NCBI GenBank assembly: GCA_963706285.1
Contig: CAVPLU010000013.1
Span: forward strand, 96,001-160,000
Direction: 5' to 3'
Source of the DNA: Candidatus Bathyarchaeota archaeon
GTDB taxonomy: Archaea; Thermoproteota; Bathyarchaeia; 40CM-2-53-6
Length of the DNA: 64,000 bases
The notes under the pieces: model-generated
Seen by the model: only the letters and a program-made list of their open reading frames with translations
Told to the model about the DNA's origin: nothing
Databases searched by the model: none
Shown: in pieces, positions 20,798 through 30,772 of the stretch
How positions within the stretch are numbered: the first letter of the stretch is position 1
Layout: every line of letters begins with the position of its first letter
Made by a program: the position numbers and the translations under genes

Positions 20798-21925
20798 CTA
20801 CTGTGCGATACCCACTGTGTTCCCGATGCCGGCAACGATTACCAATTCGCCTTCCTTCGTTCTTTCCTGGATAAGGACCTTGATTCTCTGAATGACGCCC
20901 TCCGCGGCTTCAGCAATCTCCTTCTTCATTGGCGTAATTGCCTCCTGAATGCTCTGCTTGACTATGACCGCGTAGACCGGAATCTTGTACTTCGTAGCCT
21001 CCTCCTCGATCTTGAATCGTTCCGTTCCAACTCCCCCAATTGCTGCTCCGATACCTTCTGTTATCTCTCCGGTCTTTTCGCCTTCGAATTTCAATGCGGC
21101 ATCGACCATTATGACCATTGCAACCTTCCCATTGTTTTCCTCAATGACAGTTCGAATTGCATCTCCAGGCTTGCCGACGTTGCCTCCGGGGCCTTTTGCC
21201 TTCAAGGCTATGACACGACGCCCTTCCATCGTTGTTTCTGCAACCATGACATCCTTGTCGACCTCGCGCTTCTCGTGGTCTCTCATCAGTCTCGCCGCCA
21301 CCAACGCGCCGGCTCCATCTCCGACCGGTTGACCTTGGGCGAAGGCTTTTGCAGCACCTGAGTATGCTTCTGCCTCCTGCATGATCATGGGGAGAAGCAT
21401 CTGGAGCTGAAGTATCACATAGAAACTTGAAGTCTTCTTTCCAAGAAGATAGAAGTGTCTAACTATCTTGTAGAGTAGATTGAGTGCCCAAGATGCCTCG
21501 ACCAAGTTCTCGAGGTTGTTTGACTGTGCATCTGTCGCTTCTGGAGCAATTTTCTTTACATCTGATTTGAACTTTAGATCACGCACATCCAATAGATGGT
21601 CAAGCTTCCCAATTACTCCAGCTGGATCGAGAGCAACTGGATCTATGAAGAACTGCTCAAGAAGGCCAGAGAGCGCAGGGGATGGATCATCCTTCGGTTT
21701 TCCAATCTCCTTGATTGTACGAAGAGCCAGAGCCTTCGCATCATTCTTGATGAATTCAAGTTTCCTGACAGCTCCGTCCAGCTGGAGGATCGCGATCCGG
21801 CTCTGTATCTGCTGACCAAAGAAAAAGGAGGCAAATATCATCCCGAATATAACGAGATTCATCAGATTCGAAAGAGTACTGTTTCCTCCTGTCGGGGCGA
21901 GCTGAAGCGCCAGGTCAAATATCAA
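20798..21925 (-). CDS. DUF1512 family protein
   Basis: PVGDGAGALVA, KAKGPGG.VG, DAALKFEGE, GIGNTVGIAQ. Confidence 0.85.
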   Translation of the reverse strand: MIFDLALQLAPTGGNSTLSNLMNLVIFGMIFASFFFGQQIQSRIAILQLDGAVRKLEFIKNDAKALALRTIKEIGKPKDDPSPALSGLLEQFFIDPVALDPAGVIGKLDHLLDVRDLKFKSDVKKIAPEATDAQSNNLENLVEASWALNLLYKIVRHFYLLGKKTSSFYVILQLQMLLPMIMQEAEAYSGAAKAFAQGQPVGDGAGALVAARLMRDHEKREVDKDVMVAETTMEGRRVIALKAKGPGGNVGKPGDAIRTVIEENNGKVAMVIMVDAALKFEGEKTGEITEGIGAAIGGVGTERFKIEEEATKYKIPVYAVIVKQSIQEAITPMKKEIAEAAEGVIQRIKVLIQERTKEGELVIVAGIGNTVGIAQ

Positions 21926-22004
21926 ATCAGTATCCTCAATCAATCGGGCACTACAATTAGGCGGCGTTATAAACATTCATCGATAGTTCTGATAAGAAAG
22001 GTGA

Positions 22005-22132
22005 TGGGGTTGGCAGCTGTCCAAGTTTCGCGTGGCCTTGCGGAACACACTACTGCCTGAATCGCCTGGGAGATTCACTTCCGTGTTCGGAATGGGAACG
22101 GGTCCTAGCTCCCAGCTATGGCCGCCAGCTCC
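22005..22132 (-). rRNA. rrf: 5S rRNA (not linked to 16S/23S here)
   Basis: GGCGGCCATAGC...ACCCGTTCCCATTCCGAACACGGAAGTGAA...GCTGCC. Confidence 0.95.
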
Positions 22133-22605
22133 GATAAGGAGCTTCGCCGACGCATAATTAAACATTGAGGGAGGGTTTTGCGTGACAACTTTCTTCGTCT
22201 ATTTGGAGTTCGACGTTTCGCCTGATAACGTGTTTTTGTGGCATCGACCGGAATCCGTGCTTCAAGTCGTGAGTCCGCTAGACGACGAGAGGTTGGGCGT
22301 TGTAAAGAAAACAGAAATGGTGGCCCGGGGGAAACCTTACGGCTCCATCTAATATCCACTTAATGACTTCTCTGACATCTTCTTCAAGGCTCGCATTTAG
22401 TAACTCTTTCCTTGGCATTTCCAAGAAGCCATCACACATAGCCGTCTTCCGTTCTTCCTCGTAACCCATTCAGTCCTAGACTGCGGAGCTAAGACACCTA
22501 AGAATATTATCGGAACTGCAAAGATTCTTATGAGAATACTTTCTTGCTCCAAACTTATATTATGTGAATACCGGACTTGCGGCAATAACTCAAGCTGGTT
22601 ACGAG

Positions 22606-23814
22606 ATGGGTTTTCCAGGAGCAACGAAAAACCAAACGACAGGCGTCGCACGCACCACATCCCAAAAACCACGATCCTTCCTGTTCACCTCCGAGAGTGT
22701 CACGGAGGGTCATCCTGACAAAGTCGCGGACCAAATCTCCGATGCGATCCTAGATGACATCATCTCCCAGGATCCAAAAGCGAGGGTAGACATTGAGACC
22801 CTAATAATGAAGGGCACCGTCATAGTTACGGGTCAGGTCACCACATCCGCCTATTCGCACATTCCTCGCATCATTCGAGGCGTCCTGCGAGATATTGGGT
22901 TCTATGATGCGAAGGTTGGTATCGACTGGGAGGCTTGCGGAGTCCTCGTCTCAATGGAAGAGCAATCGCCAGACATCGCGATGGGAGTCAATCGGGAAGA
23001 TATGGGTGCAGGAGATCAGGGCATGGTCTTCGGTCATGCAACAAACGAAACCCCAGAACTAATGCCCCTCCCAATAACCCTCGCACACAAGTTGGTTAGA
23101 AGGCTAGCGGATGTAAGAAAGCAAGGAATCCTCAAATACCTTCGACCCGACGGCAAATCACAGGTGACGATCGAGTACCAAAATGGCACACCCAAGAGAG
23201 TGGAAGCCATTGTAATCGCAGCTCAACACGATGAAAACGTCTCAAGGGAGGAAATGAGAAAAGACATTATCGAGAAAGTGATCAAGCCCGTTATCCCGTC
23301 AGAAATGCTCGACGAGAAAACTAAGTTCTTCATCAACGAAACTGGAAGGTTCACTGTCGGCGGTACACTTGCCGACACAGGTCTTACTGGCAGAAAGATA
23401 ATTGTCGACACTTATGGGGGAGTTGGAAGCCATGGCGGAGGCTGCTTCTCTGGAAAAGATCCCACGAAAGTCGACAGATCAGGCAGCTACATGGCCAGAT
23501 ACATCGCGAAGAATATAGTGGCCGCAGGACTCGCCGACAGATGTGACGTTCAGATCGCCTACGCTATCGGTGTGTCGAAACCCGTCTCAGTGATGGTCTA
23601 CACGTACGGCACAGGAAAAGTGCCTGATGAGAAGATTACGGAAGCGGTACTGAAAGTATTCGACATGAGGCCAAAGGCAATAATCGAACAATTGAAGCTT
23701 CTCAAACCCATCTACCGAAAAACGGCCGTTTATGGCCATTTCGGACGGGATGATCCAGACTTCACGTGGGAGAGGACGGATCGAATAGACGAACTCAGAA
23801 AACTCTGCGACTGA
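22606..23814 (+). CDS. metK: S-adenosylmethionine synthetase, bacterial/eukaryotic type
   Basis: [46 protein letters not shown]. Confidence 0.96.
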   Translation: MGFPGATKNQTTGVARTTSQKPRSFLFTSESVTEGHPDKVADQISDAILDDIISQDPKARVDIETLIMKGTVIVTGQVTTSAYSHIPRIIRGVLRDIGFYDAKVGIDWEACGVLVSMEEQSPDIAMGVNREDMGAGDQGMVFGHATNETPELMPLPITLAHKLVRRLADVRKQGILKYLRPDGKSQVTIEYQNGTPKRVEAIVIAAQHDENVSREEMRKDIIEKVIKPVIPSEMLDEKTKFFINETGRFTVGGTLADTGLTGRKIIVDTYGGVGSHGGGCFSGKDPTKVDRSGSYMARYIAKNIVAAGLADRCDVQIAYAIGVSKPVSVMVYTYGTGKVPDEKITEAVLKVFDMRPKAIIEQLKLLKPIYRKTAVYGHFGRDDPDFTWERTDRIDELRKLCD

Positions 23815-24376
23815 CATATCCCCACCGAAATCAAGATATATTTTCTGCGGGCATCGCCTGAGCAAGCAGCGAGGGCACCGCATTACTGATCTGTTGGGAC
23901 TTCAGTGCAAGCGGTCCTGAGAACCTGTATGTGTCACGAAAAGAATGCAGTCGTGCAGCTTCTCGCGTTGTGAAGAATCTTGCGTGATCACTATCAGGCA
24001 AACATACATCAAGCTATCATTCTGCATGTGCACAAGTAGTGTGCTATCCCACTGCTGTTCCTTGGACGTCCCGATCCTATCTCATGTGAAATACACTCTT
24101 ACTGAATTGCGGTGCTCCAAAGTCAGCTGCATTGAGCATACTGGAATTCTCTAGTTCCCTCAAACCCTCCAAATTTGGCTGACGATTTTGCCGTTCTGAA
24201 AGAGCCAATACCCGGGGAAATTCTCCATGACGAAGAATTTCGGCCTTGCTTCCTTCATAACTAACATCATCAAACGATGCATTTACCGATAGAATTTCTT
24301 CGATTGCAGCGGAAAAGTGCAACGCCAGGCGATTATGCGTGAAGAACAGCAAGCGCATCAGCGCAAAATAGTAAGT

Positions 24377-24597
24377 TGGTGGGGCCGAAGGGATTGTCAT
24401 GGCGTGCCGCCATTTTGAACCCTCGACTTCCGCCGTTTTTCTTCGTCTACGGGTTTCTCCCGCGCTCCGGAAGATCGTCATCCCACATGGTCAGCAAACC
24501 CGTTGCATGCCAAAGGCTTCTGGAGCCCTTAACGGGGGTTGTCCTGTCGTCATCCCTGGCTAGATTCCGCCGAACCTTGATCATCGCCTACGGCCCC
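24377..24597 (-). tRNA. tRNA-Trp(CCA) with five predicted introns (24565-24587, 24529-24545, 24455-24519, 24428-24446, 24394-24413)
   Basis: Removing the five segments gives a 77-nt cloverleaf ending CCA; each junction has a BHB/BHL-type 4-bp helix; anticodon at 24521-24523. Confidence 0.85.
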
Positions 24598-24648
24598 ACT
24601 GGACGACGACGCTCTGGCCCCACCGAGCTAGACTCGCACGCGAACAAC

Positions 24649-24657
24649 ATATTTAAT
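24649..24657 (-). promoter_or_regulatory. TATA box candidate for tRNA-Trp
   Basis: ATTAAATAT about 25 nt upstream of the leader repeat. Confidence 0.55.
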
Positions 24658-24798
24658 GTTTCACACAGAGCCGCGTTCTTGCGGCAATCCAACTCTAGAC
24701 GCCCGACAAGAAAAGCCATCGACCTTCGATGACTGCCTTGTGAAGAACAGGCTCGTAATCAGTTAGTTGCGACCGAGGGCCTCAGTCAAAGCGTAGAC

Positions 24799-25359
24799 CT
24801 ATACGGAGAAGACTCTCAACAAGTCTGCTTTCGTGATTATTCCCGCTACCTGCCCTCTCTTCACTACCACAACTGCCGAATGGTACTGTAAGAGAGTCGA
24901 AATCAGAGACAGCGGCGCCTTCTCGTCAATCTGAGGGAAAGCCTCAGCCATCACCTTAGAGACAGGCATACTTGAAAGTTCTCGCGGGCTAATCCCTGAT
25001 ATGAGTCGATCCATGATCACTTTCTCTGCGATGCTTCCGACAATATTTCGTCCACCAAAAACTGGCAGTTGAGAGAATCCGCTTTCCTTCATTATCGCTG
25101 CCGCTCTTGAGATAGAATCGTTCTCATCTACTCCAACAACCTTCGATTGCAGGAGATCCCTCGCATGCGGTTCCTTTTCCCTCTGCATCTTCTCCAACGT
25201 ATCAAAGATGGCTTTCGTCTTGAGATAGGATGGCTCAGTCTTTCCGGCCTCTATTTTCGCGATCATTGATTGGCTCACGCCGGCAAGCCGTGCAAGATGC
25301 TTCTGACTCAGCCCGACGATGCGTCTTCGCTTTGAGATCTCCTCAAGCCTTGGGAGCAT
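24799..25359 (-). CDS. HTH (XRE) + CBS domain transcription regulator
   Basis: LSQKHLARLAGVSQSMIAKIE; tandem CBS (GFSQLPV, GIITKADLL). Confidence 0.9.
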   Translation of the reverse strand: MLPRLEEISKRRRIVGLSQKHLARLAGVSQSMIAKIEAGKTEPSYLKTKAIFDTLEKMQREKEPHARDLLQSKVVGVDENDSISRAAAIMKESGFSQLPVFGGRNIVGSIAEKVIMDRLISGISPRELSSMPVSKVMAEAFPQIDEKAPLSLISTLLQYHSAVVVVKRGQVAGIITKADLLRVFSV

Positions 25360-25452
25360 GGACTCATCCGCCCTCGCAATATTCCTTCAGGAATATGTGG
25401 ATCAGAACTCTATTAATAGACGCTCTGGGTGTTGTGACCGCGAGGTTTCAGA

Positions 25453-25645
25453 ATGGCGAACATATCCGGCGGCGTGCTCAATCAGACTCCTGTGCAAGAT
25501 CAACCCATTGAGATATGCGAGAGAAAGGGGTTTGGCTATCCTGAAAGAAGTCTCCAAAAGCGTTCAAGAGCTCGCCGCTGCCGAACTCTCAAACATCAAC
25601 AAATTCAGCGAGGATCTTGCCTACGGGCGCATCCCAGTCTGCTGA
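25453..25645 (+). pseudogene. mat: Remnant of archaeal-type SAM synthetase with large internal deletion
   Basis: N-term MANI...NQTPVQDQPIEICERKGFGYP joined out of frame to C-term-like ELSNINKFSEDLAYGRIPVC*. Confidence 0.75.
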
Positions 25646-25741
25646 GACATAGCCGCTCACTTCCCAACATGTAGTGCCTGTTTCTCTACCCTGAGCCGGC
25701 CACCGCGCTGAATCCCAGCTTGTGAGGAGCTTCAGACAGGA

Positions 25742-26789
25742 TTGCTTTCAAGCCTGAAAGAAGAGGCTACATCAGCTTTCAGGAAAGTCGTAACAGCGCT
25801 CGTTCTGATTCTTTTGGCCTCCTACTTGATCTCGATGATCCTTGGCCCAATCCTCTTCTACACATCACGCGAGGGACTTGATGCTGCATCCAACCTGATC
25901 ACTAAGCTCCCACTAAGCCTGTTCATGATTGCTGACTTCTCGATTCCTATGGGAACCTACGTGGGCATATTCTTCTTCATGATTTGGATGCTCTTCGCTG
26001 CCGCATTTGTTTTGGCCTGGATTGATGCTCCGAGTTTCCCCATCTCGATCAAGAAAGTCACCCAACGAGTCAACGTAATCGGTTCAAACTACCTCATTGT
26101 TCTACCACAAGTGTCCACCATTGTGCTCGTCGCAATTGTGGTGCTTCAAGCGTTCCAGGAATCCGCAGGCGTCCAGACAGGCAGCATCTCTTTCGAGAAT
26201 CCAGTGATCGGTTTCCTGTCTGTCTCTTATGCTCCATTAGTGGAAGAGCTCAGCTACAGGATAACAACCCTGGGTCTTCTAGATGGGCTGTATCTTGTAT
26301 GGAGGACCCGGCACCAAGAACAGTACCAAGGCATCAAGGGTGCCGTCTACCTTCTAGCAGGTACAATGTGGAAACCGGACGGACCAAAGAGACTGTTAGG
26401 ATTCAAGACAATTCGAGACAACGGCTTGAAAGGAATCTCGCGGATCGAGTGGCTCATTCTGATTGCGACGTCAGGAGCTTTTGGAGCTGCTCACTATCTA
26501 TACGGGGGCGGATGGGAGATCGGCAAGGTTTCCACTGCGATGATATCGGGACTTGCGTTGGGCTACGTCTATCTACGCTATGGTGCATATGCTCCCATCT
26601 TGCTTCATTGGTACTTCAACTACTATTTTGGAACCTTTGATCTCGCTTCACAACTGAACATGCCCGAGCGCTGACCTGCTTGCTCTTGGTATAGAATTCT
26701 TGAATCTTGGCGGCGGAATCATCCTTGCATCAGGTTTGATTGTATCTTCCGTCGCCAGACTCTGGTCTGCCACGCGGCACAGGACCTAG
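25742..26789 (+). CDS. CPBP/CAAX family intramembrane protease (frameshift near 26670)
   Basis: APLVEELSYR, FGAAH, ILLHWYFN motifs. Confidence 0.85.
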
Positions 26790-27017
26790 ATTCGAAGAAG
26801 AACGCCAATGACCTTCCAAATATTCACGATTCGAACCCTGAAAGCCTACCATCGCAGGCGCCGGAGTGTATATCACCGCCAAGTTCATGTGCATTTGTAG
26901 GCTTTGCAGCAGACGGAACGATCCTATCAAGAGTGTATCTGCGGGAGAATCCTTGGCATGAAAACTGATACAAGAGCGATAAAACTCGATACTGAGAGAA
27001 ACGCCGGACATGATGAG

Positions 27018-29476
27018 ATGAGGCTTCCTCCTAGATATGAGCAGTCCACGCTTGAGGCGTCATGGCAGAAGAACTGGGAGCAGACTGGTATCTATCACTA
27101 TGACGCGAGCGACCGTTCGAGACCAACCTACTCGATCGACACGCCTCCACCTTACCCAAGCGGGGAATTTCATATGGGAAACGCTCTCAACTGGTGCTAT
27201 TTCGACTTCGTTGCCCGCTACAAACGAATGCGCGGATACAACGTCCATTTCCCTCAGGGGTGGGATTGCCATGGTCTTCCGACGGAGGTTAGGGCCGAAC
27301 GCACCTTCAACATCAAGAAACGAGACATATCGGTTGACAAATTCCGCGAGATTTGTGTGAAACTGACCACCGAGTATATCGAGAAAATGAAAACCGCGAT
27401 GCAGTCTATGGGATATTCAATCGACTGGAACCTTGAATACCGAACCATGGATCCCGAATACTATAAGCTGACGCAACTTTCGTTTCTACAACTCCTCAAA
27501 CGTGGACTCCTCTACAGAGGAGAACATCCAGTGAACTGGTGCCCAAGGTGTGAGACGGCAATCGCGGAGGCAGAGGTTGAATATGTCAGAAAGCAAAGGT
27601 ACCCTCCTCGACATTCCTCTTCTCCACACAAAAGGGCGACTTAGTCGTCGCAACCTCACGCCCAGAGTTCATTCCTGCCTGTGTGGCATTGGCGGTGAAC
27701 CCGACCGACACCCGTTACGCGGGATATGTTGGAAACGAAGCCGTGGTGCCTCTTGTGGATCGCAGGATTCCCATCCTGAAGGATGAGCTCGTTGACGTTA
27801 GTTTCGGCAGTGGCGTCGTGATGATATGTACGTTTGGCGATAAGACCGATGTCCGCTGGCAACACAAATATGCCCTTCCAGTTGTGAAACTCCTGGACGC
27901 GCAAGGGCGGTTAACGCAAGAAGCGGGAAAATATGCAGGACTCAAGATCCAAGAGGCACGGAAGGCAATCGTCGAGGACCTAAAGAATGCTTCAAAGATA
28001 GGTGGATCAAAACCAATTGAACGCGAGATAGGCACCTGCTGGAGATGCCACACTCCAGTCGAGATCCTGTCAGCTCCACAGTGGTTCATGAAGACCAAAG
28101 ATATGACGAACGAGATAGTCGAATGGACCAACAAAGTCACTTGGGTGCCAGATTTCTCCAAGAACAGGATGATAGAGTGGGCAAAGTCTCTCGACTGGGA
28201 CTGGGTAATTTCTAGGCAGAGACTGTTCGGAACCCCGATACCAGTTTGGTACTGTCGCAAGTGTGAGCAAATATTCGCTGGAAAAGAGGAATGGCTGCCC
28301 GTCGACCCACGCTCCCAGAAACCACCGGCAGGATCCTGCCCACACTGTGGATCAACCGAGTTCATCGGTGACCAAGATGTTATGGACACTTGGATGGACT
28401 CATCAATCACATGCGCCGTCCACGCTGGGTGGCCAGCAAAGGTTGATGAATTTCAGAGACTATTTCCCGCAGACCTCCAACCCAATGGTCTGGACATCAT
28501 ACGGACATGGGATTACTATCTGATGGCAAGACACCTTGCCCTATTTGGACAGGCACCGTACAAGACTGTCCTCGTAAACGGTATGGTTCGTGGCGCCGAC
28601 GGCAGAATGATGCACAAATCGTACGGCAACTACGTAGAAGTCACAGAGGCGATCATGAAGTATGGAGCAGACTCCGTCAGGCAATGGGCAGCGGCGGGGG
28701 GATCCACGGGCTACGACATCCCTTACAGATGGGCAGACGTTGAGTACGGCCGCAAGTTCCTGACAAAACTATGGAATGCTGCTCGGCTAATACTCTCTTC
28801 GCTCCAAGACTACGACTCCGCCCTCGCAGCTCCGAAGCTGGACTTGCTCGACAGATGGCTGTTAAGTAAACTCAACAACCTTATCAAGACCTCCACGGCC
28901 GCTTTTGAGAACTTCCAATTCAGCGTCGCCACAGAATCTACGAGAAACTTCATTTGGCATGATCTCTGTGACCAATATCTGGAAGCAGTGAAATACAGGC
29001 TATATGCCGAGCATTCCCCAGAGAGCGAAAACCGAAGAGCCGCTCAGTACACCCTATTCCAGACTCTGGAAGTTGTTCTGAGACTGCTCACCCCTATCTG
29101 CCCTCACGTCACGGACGCTCTTTATCATGAGCTCTGCCATGACCGGCCAAACGTTAGAAGCATCCACTCGGATGCCTGGCCCCTTGCAAATGATGAGCTC
29201 ATTGATCCGGAATCCGAAAGAAATGGATCGATCATTGTTCGAATACTCTCAGAAGTCCGTCGCTTGAAGTCAGAGAAACGACTCTCAATGAAGGCCCCCA
29301 TCAAGAGATTAACAGTCGAATCAACAGAAGAAGTGATGTGCGTACTCCGCGAACATGTAGACGCCATTTGTCAGATAGCCGTTGTCGAACAGGTTGAGAT
29401 CGTTCCCATCAAACGGCCAATGGATGATTTGCCCCCACAGAAGGACAACGACATCCGGCTCTCCGTACAATTCTAG
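27018..29476 (+). CDS. valS: Valine-tRNA ligase (two 1-nt frameshifts near 27588-27620)
   Basis: IDTPPPYPSG.FHMGN, GWDCHGLPTE, DWVISRQ, MHKSYGN. Confidence 0.95.
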
Positions 29477-29526
29477 GCGCGAAGTCTTTAATACATAATC
29501 TCAGTTTGTTAGGGCGGCGATCTTCC

Positions 29527-29814
29527 ATGAAGATAACTGAGCTAACACCGGGGATGAAAGGAGTCAATGTCGAGGGCAGAATTACGGAGAAGGGAGAACC
29601 CCGACAGGTCCAGACCAGATACGGCGAGAGTAGAGTAGCCGATGCTATCTTGACAGACGATTCTGGATCGATCAAGCTGTCTCTATGGAATGAGCAGATA
29701 GACAACTTCAAAATCAATGATGAAGTACGGATTGAGAATGGCTACATCACAAGCTTCAGAGGCGAAGCACAACTTTCCCCGGGAAGAACAGGGCGCCTTA
29801 CGCTAAAGCAATAG
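29527..29814 (+). CDS. ssb: Single-OB-fold ssDNA-binding protein
   Basis: MKITELTPG, D.SGSIKLSLW, IENGY..FRG. Confidence 0.85.
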   Translation: MKITELTPGMKGVNVEGRITEKGEPRQVQTRYGESRVADAILTDDSGSIKLSLWNEQIDNFKINDEVRIENGYITSFRGEAQLSPGRTGRLTLKQ

Positions 29815-29890
29815 TAGCAAGAGATAGCTTTCACGGCACCTAGCTAGCGCTCCGCGAATAACGGAGCCCCGGGTAGGAGTAATTTCTGAT

Positions 29891-30772
29891 ATGAGCGAAG
29901 ACGAGAGACTCGCCAAGATCAAAGATTTACTTGATTCTACGCTCGCTGAATTCGAGTCCGTCTTCAAGTCCGCAGGGACTTTTGATCAGTCGCGAGTGGG
30001 AAACGGTTGGACACCTTCAAACATTCGAATCCAGACGTATATGATCGACCCCATGTCATTTGATCAGGCTCGGAAGATTGCAGAATCGCGGAAAGCTAGA
30101 GCCTTTGGACCTTTTGGATGGCTACGAGTACGGCCTGGCCGAATGCACTTGATAGGTGAACCTACACTGGTCTTCTTTCCGTTTTGGCGTGTGAGGGGAT
30201 ATCACGAATGCTTCTACTTCCGAGGGAAGACGTACACGACGACTGTCCCAGATGATGTCATGGCCGTCCAAATGGGCGGGCGAATGCGAGCATTGACTTC
30301 ACAGCTCAAAGCTGAACGTTCTGTTATGGCTAGAGCAAGAAATGTGCTCAAGCGAACTCTGACGGCGCGAGCTGAGCCTAGATATTTCACAGTCGACGGC
30401 GCTATAGAACTTGCACGTCAATTCAGTGATGCATCGGTCATTGTCAACGGAGAGGGTAAGGAGGATGTTTCGATGGAGTACCTGCTTGAGAAAAAGCCAC
30501 AAATGCATCATATGGAGGAAGATCGCGAGCGAGGTGAACAGAAACCGGCTATCAAGTTCGCCCCGTTGGCTTTGCAGGCGGAAGATGTTGTGCGGGTTCT
30601 TCATGGCAGAGTGGTGAAACCACCACCTGTCTTCAACAAGATATTGACGAATAGGTTTGAGGTCACAGAACTTAGTCTTATTGAATTGCCAATCTATGTT
30701 TTCACATACAGGTATCTTGGCAGAGAGAAAGAACTCCGAATTCACGGGGTAACGGGCGAATTGCTGAGGTAG
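29891..30772 (+). CDS. Hypothetical protein
   Basis: 293-aa ORF, no family recognised. Confidence 0.65.
   Translation: MSEDERLAKIKDLLDSTLAEFESVFKSAGTFDQSRVGNGWTPSNIRIQTYMIDPMSFDQARKIAESRKARAFGPFGWLRVRPGRMHLIGEPTLVFFPFWRVRGYHECFYFRGKTYTTTVPDDVMAVQMGGRMRALTSQLKAERSVMARARNVLKRTLTARAEPRYFTVDGAIELARQFSDASVIVNGEGKEDVSMEYLLEKKPQMHHMEEDRERGEQKPAIKFAPLALQAEDVVRVLHGRVVKPPPVFNKILTNRFEVTELSLIELPIYVFTYRYLGREKELRIHGVTGELLR

Noticed and set aside
22318-22331. tRNA-3'-like CCCCCGGGCCACCA as an att site bounding a metK island
   Set aside because: Does not match the tRNA-Trp 3' end, and no integrase is present in the window.
24598-24637. tRNA-like 5' half (GCGAGTC TA GCTC...GAGC...CCA) or a sixth intron upstream of tRNA-Trp
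   Set aside because: The anticodon stem does not pair, it starts too close to the TATA box, and no BHB fits. The leader-repeat reading explains it better.
24077-24732. ORFs 24077..24481 (-) and 24376..24732 (+)
   Set aside because: They overlap the tRNA-Trp gene and show no recognisable domains.
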